From the NCBI GenBank assembly GCA_964648045.1, contig CAZYNU010000001.1, forward strand, positions 17,208 to 81,207: 64,000 bases of DNA, given 5' to 3'. This document shows positions 34,417 through 43,992 of this stretch, piece after piece (positions within the stretch are counted from its first letter, which is position 1; every line of letters begins with the position of its first letter). The translations under genes and the position numbers were made by a program. The notes under the pieces were generated by a model. That model ran no database searches, was not told where the DNA came from, and saw only the letters and a program-made list of their open reading frames with translations. The stretch comes from an uncultured Candidatus Peribacteria bacterium. GTDB taxonomy: Bacteria > Patescibacteriota > Gracilibacteria > Peribacterales > Peribacteraceae.

Positions 34417-35583
34417 ATGGAACGGAATCTCAACGCCCTGTTCGCCGTGCAGATCTGCATGGGCTGCCAATTCTTCCTGCCCGTGTTCTATGTCTTTCTT
34501 CGCGAGAATGGCCTGAGCTGGCGCGACGTGTTCGCCTTGGAGGCGATCTTCACGGGCAGCGTCATGCTCTTCCAGATCCCTGCAGGCATGGCCGCCGATC
34601 GCGTTGGCTGCAAGACGGTACTCATGGCCGGCTTTCTGGCGGGCGCCTGCGCCTTCCTCGTGCATGCCAACGGCACCGGCTTCGCCGCCTTCGCCTTGGG
34701 CAACGTCCTGCTCGCCCTGCTCGTGGCCTGCCACGCCGCCGGCCTGGAGACGATCACCTACGCCACGCTCGCCGCCCTCGGCCGCCCGACGGAGTTCCGC
34801 CGGACAATCGGGAGACTGCTCTTCGTCTCACTGCTGACGCTCGGACTCACCGGCATCATCGGCGGCCTGGTGGGCATCGCCAGCCTGCGACTGACACTCT
34901 GGCTCAGTCTGCCGGCGTTCATCATTGGCGCGCTCTGCTGCCATAGTCTGGTGCAACCACCACTCACCAAGACGGGGCACGTCTCGCTACGGCAAGCCGT
35001 CGTAACTGTGTGGCAGCCCAACTGGCGCCTGCGTATGGTCATCCTGGTGAACATCGTCTTCCTCACAGCCGTCAGCACGCTTGGCTGGCTGGCACCCGCC
35101 TATCATCTGCAGGTCGGCACACCAGAATGGGTGCTCGGCTGCTCGCAGGCGGCCGGCCAGATCTTAGGCTCGTGTTCGGCACGCTGGACGCACCGGCTAG
35201 AAGCCAGGGTCGACGACCGCCTGCTCCTGCTCTGGGTGGCAGTCCTGCTTGGGTTAGCACTCGGAGGCATGCTGCTCATCGGAGGCTACGTCGGCATCGC
35301 CCTGCTCATCCTGGGACGCGGCTGCTTCGGCGCCATCTCCACGCTCGGCAGCGACCTACTGCACCGCCTGGTGGACGACCGCATCCGCAGCCGCGTCCAA
35401 GCCCTGCAAGGAGTGGGACTACGCGCCGCCATGGTGACCGCCAGTCTTGGCATCGGCAGTCTGCTCGACGGCGAGGCTGGCCTCAACACCATCCTCCTGC
35501 TCGCACTTGCGGGTGGAGGCGGGCTCATCATGATCACGCTCGTCGCGCTCACCATGGTGTGGCCGACCGAGTCATCGACGTAA
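34417..35583 (+). CDS. MFS transporter
   Basis: About 388 aa and 12 hydrophobic segments. AAGGAG lies 5 nt upstream of ATG 34417, and GTG 34414 is also possible. Confidence 0.75.
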   Translation: MERNLNALFAVQICMGCQFFLPVFYVFLRENGLSWRDVFALEAIFTGSVMLFQIPAGMAADRVGCKTVLMAGFLAGACAFLVHANGTGFAAFALGNVLLALLVACHAAGLETITYATLAALGRPTEFRRTIGRLLFVSLLTLGLTGIIGGLVGIASLRLTLWLSLPAFIIGALCCHSLVQPPLTKTGHVSLRQAVVTVWQPNWRLRMVILVNIVFLTAVSTLGWLAPAYHLQVGTPEWVLGCSQAAGQILGSCSARWTHRLEARVDDRLLLLWVAVLLGLALGGMLLIGGYVGIALLILGRGCFGAISTLGSDLLHRLVDDRIRSRVQALQGVGLRAAMVTASLGIGSLLDGEAGLNTILLLALAGGGGLIMITLVALTMVWPTESST

Positions 35584-35602
35584 TGTCCAAGTCCGGACAA
35601 CG

Positions 35603-35632
35603 AGACCTCAGGTTCGCCTGGGGTCTTTTTTT
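35603..35632 (+). terminator. Intrinsic terminator
   Basis: 10-bp stem AGACCTCAGG-TTCG-CCTGGGGTCT followed by TTTTTT. Confidence 0.75.
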
Positions 35633-35653
35633 GCGCCCGCGTATGCTGTCCAG

Positions 35654-36493
35654 GTGCAGCGACGCCTCCTCATCACCGCCGACGACCTAGGTGCCAATCC
35701 CCCGCGCTCGCACGGCATCTTCCTATGCGCCGAGCAAGGTCTGGTGACTGGCGCAGGGCTGCTGCCCAACGGCAGCGACAGCGACCAGGCCGGCAAGCGC
35801 GCCCGCGAACGCCGTCTGCCCGTGGGCCTGCACCTGGCGCTCACCAGCGGCGAACCGCTCTCGCCGCCCGCCACCATCGAGAGCTTGCTCTTGCCCAACG
35901 GCACCTTCGCCGGGCGGCGAGAGTTCGAGCGGCGCCTGCGCGAGCGTGAGACCGACCGCACCCATCTGGAGCGCGAGATCCGCGCGCAGCTGGAATGGTG
36001 CCTCGACGTGCACGGCCAGCCGACCCATCTCTCGAGCGTGGACCACGTCCACTGCCACGCTGTCCTCGTGCCGCTCATCATCCCGGTGCTGCTGCGCTAC
36101 GGGATCCTGCGCGTGCGTATCCCCAGCGAACCTCTGCCACCTTTCGGCTACGAGATTCCCGAGGTCGACCTGGCGGCCGCCCGCGAGATCTCGGAGCGCG
36201 CCGAAGCCGCCCGCGCGCTCTATGCCGCCGATGGTATCACCGGTACCGACACCTTTCGCGGCCTCACACTGGTGGGACGCATGTCAGCCAAGAACTTTCG
36301 CCACACCATGGCTCGCCTGCCCGTCGAGGGATCGATCGAACTCATGGTGCATCCCGGCGCACCCACGCCCGTAGGGAGTGACTTCGATATCGATCCGCAG
36401 CGGCAGACAGAGCTGCAAACCCTCACCGACCCGACAGCGACAGAGTTGATCGCAAAAATGAAGCTACAGCGAGCAACGTACGCGGACATCTGA
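35654..36493 (+). CDS. YdjC/ChbG-family carbohydrate deacetylase
   Basis: 279 aa. LLITADDLG N-terminus, GLHLALT and SSVDHVHCH motifs. GTG start 6 nt after TATGCT. Confidence 0.75.
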   Translation: MQRRLLITADDLGANPPRSHGIFLCAEQGLVTGAGLLPNGSDSDQAGKRARERRLPVGLHLALTSGEPLSPPATIESLLLPNGTFAGRREFERRLRERETDRTHLEREIRAQLEWCLDVHGQPTHLSSVDHVHCHAVLVPLIIPVLLRYGILRVRIPSEPLPPFGYEIPEVDLAAAREISERAEAARALYAADGITGTDTFRGLTLVGRMSAKNFRHTMARLPVEGSIELMVHPGAPTPVGSDFDIDPQRQTELQTLTDPTATELIAKMKLQRATYADI

Positions 36494-36546
36494 AAACGGC
36501 GCCCCCGCAATGGCGGAGACGCCGTATGTGTTCAGCGTGAGAGAGA

Positions 36547-36903
36547 TTACTTCTTGGACGACGAGGCGCCGGCCGAGCGGGCGGCGGCAGCCGACGAGCG
36601 GGCAGCGGCCTTGGCAGCCTTGGTGGCAGCATCCTCCTCGAGACGGGGGGCAGTAATACCAGGTCGAGAGGGGGCACCGAGGCCCATGCCACGGCCCATA
36701 GCGGCCGAGGCGACCATGGCAATCACCCAGAGGGCGACGGCGGCTAGAATGCACATGCCGCCCCAGTATTTCTGACGCTCGCCGCTCAGGTGTTTGATGG
36801 CCCAAGCGAGCAGGAGCACGAGACCAACGAAGAAGAGCAAGTTGGAGAGGCCGTGAATGGCCGAAAGCCAACCGCCGGAGGAAGCCATCATGGGCATCAT
36901 CAT
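36547..36903 (-). CDS. Small two-helix membrane protein
   Basis: The start is trimmed to MMMPMMASSGGW. Two hydrophobic helices and an A/K/S-rich tail. Confidence 0.45.
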   Translation of the reverse strand: MMMPMMASSGGWLSAIHGLSNLLFFVGLVLLLAWAIKHLSGERQKYWGGMCILAAVALWVIAMVASAAMGRGMGLGAPSRPGITAPRLEEDAATKAAKAAARSSAAAARSAGASSSKK

Positions 36904-37008
36904 AGGAAGAAGTGGGGAGAAATCGGCCCGAGAATACCCTCGACACACAAGACAATCGCTTGCCAACCATCCAAACCCGCCGTCGGGCGTCCATTTCGCA
37001 CGGTGGCT

Positions 37009-39870
37009 TCAGTGTGCCTTGCGCGGTCCGCGCGGGGCGGGCTTAGCCGCCGGCTTGGGGGCCGGCGCAGGTGCGGGAGCGGCCGGGACCGACGCGGCGG
37101 CTGCGGAAGCGACGGCGTTAAGCGGCGTCATGTCCACACCGTACTGGGCGGCCACCTGCTCCACCGGCAGGCCGAGCGCCTCCGCAGCGGCTTGGACCAT
37201 CGACTTGCTGACGGGCGGCAGCGGCGCGCCCACGGCCGCCAGCTTGGCGGCGTAGTCGGCGAACTTCGCCTCGTCGTCGGGCGTGAAGGGCGTACCCAGC
37301 ATCTGCTTCTTCTTGAGGGCGTTATACTCGTTGGTCCACATCTCCTTGTCGCGCCAGGCGCGGTACTGCTCAAGCGTCATCTTCTTGGCGCGCGCCTTCT
37401 TCATCTCCTCCTCTTCTTTCTCCTTGGCCTTCGTGGCAACAGCCGCCTGCTGGCGCACAGCCGTGGCGCCCTGCATGGCTTGCGAGGTACCGCTGGCCCA
37501 ACGTGCGATCTTCTCCTCCACCACCTCACGCCTCTCGCTGTAGCGCTCGCGTGAAAGCTTGCGCACCATCTCCTCGCGACCGCTGTCGACCTCGAATTTG
37601 GGCGGCGGCAGCGTCCCCACCGAGAACGGCTTACTGGGAATACCGTCGATCATCAGACGGACGTACGCGTGGTACTTGGGCAAGCTCAAAATGTCTTTCG
37701 TGCTCACCATCTCCTCAAACTGCTGACTCAAAATTTCAGCGTCGTCGCTGCCTACCTGAAAGCTGACCATCGAACCCACGTTGCCGAAGACCGCATCGCG
37801 CAGCGACGTGTTACCCTGGCCGATGATGAGCTGGCCAACGTACTGGTTGGCCATGGTGAGCGCCAAACGGTACTTTCGGGCCTCCGAGAGAATGGTGGCA
37901 AACGACTCGGTAGCGAAGTTCTGGAACTCGTCGACGTACAGGTAGAAATCGCGGCGCTCTTTCTCGGGGATGTCGGCGCGGCTCATGGCGTCGATCTGGA
38001 ATTTGGTCACGAGCATGGAACCCAGGAAGGCCGAGGTATCTTCGCCGATCTTGCCCTTGCTCAGGTTCACGAGGATCACCTTGCCGCTGTCCATGGCCTG
38101 GCGAACGTTGAGCGTGCTGCGCACCTGGCCCACGATGTTGCGCATCACCGGCGTGGACATCAGCTGGCCGACTTTGTTTTGAATGGAAGCCAAGGCCTCG
38201 GTGCGGTACTTGTCGCTCCAGCTGGTGAATTCCGAATCCCAGAAGGTGCGAACCACGGGGTCGGTCACGTTGCTGACGATCTTCGCACGGTAGCCGTCGT
38301 CGGCAAACATGCGCAGGATGCCGAGCATCGACGACCCCTCGTTCTCAAGCAGCGCCAGGAGCGTGTTGCGCAGGATATACTCCATGCGACCCGAGAACGC
38401 CTCCGGCCAGAGCTTGATGAAGACCGACATCAGACCCGAGGCGATGAGCGGACGCTGGCCCGGGTCCGGACACTCGAGCATGTTGAACGAGATCGGCCAG
38501 TCGCGGTCGGCGGGATCGAAGAGGATCACGTCGTTCAGGCGCGACTTGGGCATAAAACGCATGGCGGCGTTGATCAGATCGCCGTGCGGATCCACCACGC
38601 CCACGCCCTTGCCGCCCATAATGTCGCTGAAGATCATGTTTTCCAGCACCGTCGATTTACCCATGCCCGTCTTACCGATGATGTAGACGTGGCGGCGGCG
38701 GTCATCGGGGCGGATGCCGAATTTCAGGCGGTGGCCATGGAACACCGACTCACCAAGCAAGGTAAGGTTCTCCTCGGGATCGGTCACACCGGGAATGGGC
38801 AAGTTCACCGGCGGCTCCAGCTTTTTACTCACCACGCGCTCCAAGTTGGCCGTCTGCACCAGGCTGGTGGGCACATGCCAGAGAGTGGCCAACTCTTCGG
38901 AGGAAAGAGCATAGGGCCGCATCTGCATGCCCAACGGCAGGGCGGCGGCGGTCTGAATCTTCCCTGCCACAAAGCCGTTGCTGGTGGGAATAGAGAACTG
39001 CTGGAAGGTGCTGGCGATCTCTTGAATCTTCTGCATGAGCAGATCGCCCTGCCCCTTGGGCCCAATCACGCTGATGCGCACATTCGCCAAAAAGAGCAGA
39101 CGGTTCACCTTGTCCTTGGCGCCGGCCACTTTGTCTTCCTTCTCGTGCGAGCGACTCGTCTGACCGTCGCTGCCCCCAGCAGCAGGCTTGGCGTCGGGTG
39201 AGGCCGCGGCCGAGAACTTACGGACAATCCCCCACATCTTCCAGCCACCCATCAGGATGCCAAGCGGCCAGAGCACAGCCCGGCGCCAGCCGCGGGCCAA
39301 TTGGATGTCCACGAAGAGCTGGGCGTAGGCACCCCACACGCTAGGCAGGCCCTTCTCAAGCAACGGCAGAAAGCGCAGTGCACGCTTGCGGAACGGCCCT
39401 TGCATGGGCTCGATGACGAGCTGGATGTGGCCGCGCATGCCCGGCAGCGGATAGCGCGCGAGCGCGGCCGTCATGGCCGAGAGCGGGTCCACGTTGGCCC
39501 GGCTCATCATGTCGTCGAACTGCGGGTAGCGCTTAATCGGAAACACTTCCGGATTCCTTAACTTCAGGTCGAGCGCCAGCACCTCCTCCCCTTCTTTGAG
39601 GGCGAACGGCTCTTGGCCAAGCTTCTCAATATCAATATCGGGATACTGCGCGTAGAGCTGGCTCTCGATGAGCGGCGCGGCGCGCGTGGAGCTGCGAATA
39701 TAAAAACCCACCTTCCCCTCGCGCATGCCGATCTCGAGCGAGACCTGACGGTCGGCGCCTTTGAGCGTATGCAGGGCCGCAGCGACGGTCTCCATGTACA
39801 CGGGGCCACGCTCCACGGGATCTTTCTCGTTTGGCAGGCTGGGCCAGAGGTGGAGCACCGTGGCGGTCAC
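37009..39870 (-). CDS. TraD/VirD4/TraG-like P-loop NTPase (orphan T4SS coupling-protein-like), 953 aa
   Basis: Walker A IIGKTGMGKST and Walker B FYLYVDEFQNF. It has an N-terminal non-ATPase domain and a C-terminal K/E then A/P-rich tail. The proposed GTG start at 39870 lies 1 nt after the hrcA stop. Confidence 0.75.
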   Translation of the reverse strand: MTATVLHLWPSLPNEKDPVERGPVYMETVAAALHTLKGADRQVSLEIGMREGKVGFYIRSSTRAAPLIESQLYAQYPDIDIEKLGQEPFALKEGEEVLALDLKLRNPEVFPIKRYPQFDDMMSRANVDPLSAMTAALARYPLPGMRGHIQLVIEPMQGPFRKRALRFLPLLEKGLPSVWGAYAQLFVDIQLARGWRRAVLWPLGILMGGWKMWGIVRKFSAAASPDAKPAAGGSDGQTSRSHEKEDKVAGAKDKVNRLLFLANVRISVIGPKGQGDLLMQKIQEIASTFQQFSIPTSNGFVAGKIQTAAALPLGMQMRPYALSSEELATLWHVPTSLVQTANLERVVSKKLEPPVNLPIPGVTDPEENLTLLGESVFHGHRLKFGIRPDDRRRHVYIIGKTGMGKSTVLENMIFSDIMGGKGVGVVDPHGDLINAAMRFMPKSRLNDVILFDPADRDWPISFNMLECPDPGQRPLIASGLMSVFIKLWPEAFSGRMEYILRNTLLALLENEGSSMLGILRMFADDGYRAKIVSNVTDPVVRTFWDSEFTSWSDKYRTEALASIQNKVGQLMSTPVMRNIVGQVRSTLNVRQAMDSGKVILVNLSKGKIGEDTSAFLGSMLVTKFQIDAMSRADIPEKERRDFYLYVDEFQNFATESFATILSEARKYRLALTMANQYVGQLIIGQGNTSLRDAVFGNVGSMVSFQVGSDDAEILSQQFEEMVSTKDILSLPKYHAYVRLMIDGIPSKPFSVGTLPPPKFEVDSGREEMVRKLSRERYSERREVVEEKIARWASGTSQAMQGATAVRQQAAVATKAKEKEEEEMKKARAKKMTLEQYRAWRDKEMWTNEYNALKKKQMLGTPFTPDDEAKFADYAAKLAAVGAPLPPVSKSMVQAAAEALGLPVEQVAAQYGVDMTPLNAVASAAAASVPAAPAPAPAPKPAAKPAPRGPRKAH

Positions 39871-39871
39871 T

Positions 39872-40585
39872 TTAGGAGGCGGAGAGGAAGTCGGCCACCA
39901 GCTTGAGGGCCGCCGTATTGTAGGCGTAATCCATGCGCATCGGCCCCAGCACACCCAGGAAACCCTTGTGGCCGCGCAGGGAATAGGGCGTGACGAGCAG
40001 GCTGCAGCTCTGAATCTGAGGGAGAAGATGCTCCTCGCCGATGTAGGTGCGGACTCCATCGCCGGGCGGCGCCTGGTCGAGGATCTTGGTCAGCTTGGAC
40101 TCGAGCACCTCCACCACGCCGCTGGCAAGCAACGGGTCCAGTTGGAACTCCGGCTGGCGGAGCGTCTGCGCCAAGCCCAGGAAATAGACACCCGGCTTGT
40201 GCGGCACCGTCGCAAAGGCCACGTTGGCAATCATATGTGAGAGCAGAGCGACGGCCTCGTAGGCTCGCTCCTGATCTTTCTGCTTAAAATACTGATCCTT
40301 GAGTTCGGCAAATTTCTTCTCCACCGTCTTCAAGTGCGGCGAGGGTTGCAGAGCGGTCTCCTCGGCATAAAAGCGATACCCCTTGGCGGTCGGTACGCGG
40401 CCCGCCGAAACGTGCGGCTGCTCCAAAAACCCCTCCTCGCCCAGGAAGCGCATCTCATTACGAATGGTGGCGCCCGATAGCGAAAAGCGGCTGTGCCGCT
40501 GCAATTCCTGGGATCCGACGGGAATCGCGGTCTTAATGAATTGGTCGATGATGGCCACGAGCAGCTTGGCCTGGCGACTGTTCAT
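39872..40585 (-). CDS. hrcA: Heat-inducible transcription repressor HrcA (short form, 237 aa)
   Basis: The start is trimmed to MNSRQAKLLVAIIDQF. PVGSQEL ... SGATIRNEM is the HrcA winged-helix N-terminus. A CIRCE element sits immediately upstream. Confidence 0.85.
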   Translation of the reverse strand: MNSRQAKLLVAIIDQFIKTAIPVGSQELQRHSRFSLSGATIRNEMRFLGEEGFLEQPHVSAGRVPTAKGYRFYAEETALQPSPHLKTVEKKFAELKDQYFKQKDQERAYEAVALLSHMIANVAFATVPHKPGVYFLGLAQTLRQPEFQLDPLLASGVVEVLESKLTKILDQAPPGDGVRTYIGEEHLLPQIQSCSLLVTPYSLRGHKGFLGVLGPMRMDYAYNTAALKLVADFLSAS

Positions 40586-40597
40586 ATCCTTTCCAGT

Positions 40598-40624
40598 ATA
40601 GCACTCTAGTGCATCGAGTGCCAT
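40598..40624. promoter_or_regulatory. CIRCE operator (ATAGCACTC-N9-GAGTGCCAT)
   Basis: Matches the TTAGCACTC-N9-GAGTGCTAA consensus at 15 of 18 arm positions. It overlaps a TATACT -10 (40595-40600, minus strand) that lies 9 nt upstream of the hrcA ATG. Confidence 0.7.
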
Positions 40625-40892
40625 GCAGAATCGCCAGTTTTTGCCCTTTTGACAGCCCTATGACCACGAACGACAACCACGTACACTGGCGGCGCGCCCG
40701 CATCACTCTTGGAGAAAATCGTATGCATCGACTGTGGGAACTGTGGGACGAAGCCCTTTCACTGGGCGAAAAAATTGCCACCTGGGTGAAAAATGCCCTC
40801 TGGCGACCACCGCCTCCACCTGCAGGTGTCTGACAAAAACTGACCAGCCCCGGCTGGATCCAGCCCCGAAAGGGGCCTTTCTTGACGGTACG

Positions 40893-40918
40893 AAAAAGGC
40901 GCCTCGCGGCGCCTTTTT
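40893..40918 (-). terminator. Intrinsic terminator downstream of rpmE (symmetric, A-run/T-run on both sides)
   Basis: AAAAA-GGCGCC-TCGC-GGCGCC-TTTTT. Confidence 0.65.
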
Positions 40919-40938
40919 GAGGTCGTTGGGATGCGCGC

Positions 40939-41154
40939 TCAGGCGGGCTTGGAAGCCGACTGGAGCTTGCGGAAACGCTCGATGCGACCGCCCTTCGTGT
41001 TCGTCTGCTTCTTGCCCGTGTACTGAGGGTGGCAAGCGCGGCAGGCTTCGACCGTCTGCGTCTGCACGGTGGAAGGGATCATGTAGACGGCCTGGCACGT
41101 CGTGCAGGTGGTCTTGGCGTCTTGGTGCATCTGAGGGTGGATCGCGGTCTGCAT
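40939..41154 (-). CDS. rpmE: 50S ribosomal protein L31 (Zn-binding type)
   Basis: 71 aa. MQTAIHPQ..., CTTC ... CRACHPQYTGK. Confidence 0.9.
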   Translation of the reverse strand: MQTAIHPQMHQDAKTTCTTCQAVYMIPSTVQTQTVEACRACHPQYTGKKQTNTKGGRIERFRKLQSASKPA

Positions 41155-41219
41155 AGGAGTGAGGGGATTCTACTGATCAAAAGTGGGAATGCAAGCTATT
41201 CTTGACCTTCCGGTCGGGC

Positions 41220-43895
41220 TTATTTCTTCTTCTTAGCGGGAGCCTTCTTGGCTTTGCCGGCCAAAGCGGGCTTGGGCTCTTCCTGGGCGGCCTTGAGCTC
41301 GGCCAGCTCCTCGGCCTCGTCGACGATGGCCTCCACCTCCTCGGCGCGCTCATCGGCGGCAGCCTGGGCAATGGCAGCTTCGGCCTCAAGGTCGCGCATC
41401 ACAGCCGAAACGGTGGCAACCTTGTCGTTGCCGTTAAGGCGCATGACGATCACGCCCTGCGTGGCGCGGCCACGGGCCGGAATGCTTGAGAGCGCCATGC
41501 GAATGGTCTGGCCCTGACGCGAGATGCAAATGAGATCGCCCTCCGAGCCTTCCTCCAACACGCAACCGCCGATGATATCGCCGGTCTTGGCCGTCAGCTG
41601 GGCGCTCTTCACGCCCGTGCCGCCGCGGCCCTGGAAGCGATACTGGTCGACGGGCGTCATTTTACCGAGACCGTTCTCCATGACGACGAGCACCATGCTC
41701 TTGGACGCGTCACTGATGGTGGAAGCCTCCACCACCTCGTCGCCGCCGCCCAGCTTGATGCCGCGCACGCCGGCCGCCGCGCGGCCCATGGAGCGCACGT
41801 CCTCCTCGGGGAAGCGGATGGCCTTACCCTTGCGCGAAAGCAGGATGATCTCGTGCTTGCCGTTGGTGGCCAGCACCCACTTCAGCTCATCGCCTTCGGG
41901 TACCTTCTGGGCAATAAGACCCGAACGGCGAATATTGTCGAACTCGGACACCTCGGTGCGCTTCACGGTGCCCTGCTTGGTGACGATGAAGAGGTACTTG
42001 TACTGCGAGAGATCGGCCTTAAGAATGGCGGTGACGCGCTCCTCGGGCTTGAGCTGAAGCAGGTTCACGATCGCCTGGCCGCGGGCCACGCGACCTGCCT
42101 GGGGCAATTCGTAGGCCGGCAACTGGAAGACACGACCCGTGTTCGTGAAGTAGAGCAGGTCGTCGTGGTTCATCACGTGCAGCAGGCTCAGAACTTCGTC
42201 GTCCTCCTTCATTTCCACGCCCTTCACGCCCTTGCCGCCGCGCTGCTGGGCGCGGAATTGGGCGGGACTGAGGCGCTTCACGTAGCCGCTGCGCGTGAGC
42301 GTCACGATCATCGGCGCGTTTGGGATCGTATCCTTGGCACTAAACTCACCGGCAGCCGTGGGGACCACCACCGTGCGGCGGGCGTCGCCGAACTGGGCGC
42401 GCAGCTCCGTCATCTCCTCGCGGAAAATTTTGTCGATGCGCTTCTTGTCCTTCAAGATCGCCTCACACTCAGCGATAAACGCCTTCTTCTCTTTCAGTTC
42501 GTCTTCGATCTTCTTACGCTCCAGGCCGGCCAGCGTCTGCAGGCGCATGTCCAAAATAGCGGTGGCCTGAATGTCGCTGAGCTTGAACTTCTTGATGAGC
42601 TGCTCCTTGGCGATCTCCTTCGTCTCGCTCTTGCGAATGGTGGCCACCACTTCGTCGATGTGATCGAGCGCGGTGGAAAGACCTTCCAAGATATGGGCAC
42701 GCTCCCTGGCGCGGTCGCGATCGTAGGTGACGCGGCGCGTGATGACGACGCGGCGGTGCTCAATGAAGACCGAGAGCATCTCCTGCAGATTCATGAGGCG
42801 CGGCTGCAGGCCGTCGGCTAGGGCGATCATGTTGTAGCCGAAGCTCGACTGTAATTCCGTGAGCTGAAACAGCTGGTTTAACACCTTCTGCGGGTACGCG
42901 TCTTTCTTCAGTTCGACGATGATGCGGATGCCCTCGCGGTCGGATTCGTCACGCAAGTCGCTCACGCCCACGATCACCTTCTCGGTGACCAGCTCGGCCA
43001 TGCGCTCAATGAGCGTGGTCTTGTTAACCTGGTACGGAATCTCACTGATGCGGATGTGATAGCGGCCAGAAGAGCCAATCTCTTCGATCTCGGCTTTGCC
43101 GCGAATAGCGATGGAACCGCGGCCCGTCAGGTAGGCCTGCTTGATGACCTCTTTGCCGTAGACCATGCCGCCGGTCGGGAAGTCTGGCCCCTGCACGAAC
43201 TGGAGCAGATCCTCCACCGTCGCCTCGGGATGATCGAGCAGGTGCAGGAGCGCGTCGGCCAATTCGCCGAAGTTATGCGGCGGGATGTTCGTGGCCATAC
43301 CCACGGCGATGCCGACGGTGCCGTTGAGCAGCAAGTTCGGAATCTTGGAGGGCAACACGTCTGGTTCTTTGCGCGAACCGTCGTAGTTGAGGTGGAAGCC
43401 AACCGTATCCTTGTCGATGTCTTGCAGAATCTCGTCGGTGATGCGGGCCATCTTCGCCTCCGTGTAACGCATGGCGGCGGCGCCGTCACCATCGATGGAA
43501 CCGAAGTTTCCCTGCCCGAAGATGAGCGGGTAACGCATGGCGAATGGCTGGGCCATGCGGACCAACGCCTCGTAAATAGGCGCGTCGCCGTGGGGGTGGT
43601 ACTTACCCATCACGTCACCGACGGTGGTGGCAGACTTTTTGAATTTGGCGCTGCTGCGCAGGCCGATCTCACTCATGGTGTAGAGAATGCGGCGATGCAC
43701 CGGCTTCAGTCCGTCGCGAGCATCCGGCAGGGCGCGCGAAACGATGACGCTCATGGCGTAGCTCAGATAACTCTCCTCCATCTCGTTCACAATCGGACGC
43801 GGCTTAATGCGGCCAATGGATGACAGCGTCTCGCCCAGGCTCTGCTGTTCGGCCTTCTTCTCAGGCTGGTCTTTGGGGGTGTCCTTCTCGGGCAT
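41220..43895 (-). CDS. gyrA: DNA gyrase subunit A
   Basis: [35 protein letters not shown] and a C-terminal beta-pinwheel region. ATG 43895 is preferred, and GTG 43919 (the track start) is possible. Confidence 0.95.
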   Translation of the reverse strand: MPEKDTPKDQPEKKAEQQSLGETLSSIGRIKPRPIVNEMEESYLSYAMSVIVSRALPDARDGLKPVHRRILYTMSEIGLRSSAKFKKSATTVGDVMGKYHPHGDAPIYEALVRMAQPFAMRYPLIFGQGNFGSIDGDGAAAMRYTEAKMARITDEILQDIDKDTVGFHLNYDGSRKEPDVLPSKIPNLLLNGTVGIAVGMATNIPPHNFGELADALLHLLDHPEATVEDLLQFVQGPDFPTGGMVYGKEVIKQAYLTGRGSIAIRGKAEIEEIGSSGRYHIRISEIPYQVNKTTLIERMAELVTEKVIVGVSDLRDESDREGIRIIVELKKDAYPQKVLNQLFQLTELQSSFGYNMIALADGLQPRLMNLQEMLSVFIEHRRVVITRRVTYDRDRARERAHILEGLSTALDHIDEVVATIRKSETKEIAKEQLIKKFKLSDIQATAILDMRLQTLAGLERKKIEDELKEKKAFIAECEAILKDKKRIDKIFREEMTELRAQFGDARRTVVVPTAAGEFSAKDTIPNAPMIVTLTRSGYVKRLSPAQFRAQQRGGKGVKGVEMKEDDEVLSLLHVMNHDDLLYFTNTGRVFQLPAYELPQAGRVARGQAIVNLLQLKPEERVTAILKADLSQYKYLFIVTKQGTVKRTEVSEFDNIRRSGLIAQKVPEGDELKWVLATNGKHEIILLSRKGKAIRFPEEDVRSMGRAAAGVRGIKLGGGDEVVEASTISDASKSMVLVVMENGLGKMTPVDQYRFQGRGGTGVKSAQLTAKTGDIIGGCVLEEGSEGDLICISRQGQTIRMALSSIPARGRATQGVIVMRLNGNDKVATVSAVMRDLEAEAAIAQAAADERAEEVEAIVDEAEELAELKAAQEEPKPALAGKAKKAPAKKKK

Positions 43896-43992
43896 AGGGA
43901 AAGTGGGTGACCGCGGCACTCTACCAGAGCGCGGCCGGGCACGGGAAGAAACCGCTTTTGAATCCGGAATATTGGCCTAAAAGCTGCCTGAC

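Noticed and set aside
37669-39201. Long antisense ORFs in the track (for example 37669..39201 +, 57101..59572 +, 1846..2919 -, 44740..45678 +, 45772..46725 +, 46852..47721 +, 41853..42821 +, 54483..55244 -)
   Set aside because: These are typical high-GC shadow ORFs. Their translations are R/G/A/H/L-rich without motifs, and the opposite strand carries conserved or much longer coherent proteins.
40586-40624. The upstream 13 codons of the listed hrcA ORF (start at 40624)
   Set aside because: That start would put the CIRCE operator and the TATACT -10 inside the coding region. MNSRQAKLL at 40585 matches typical HrcA N-termini.
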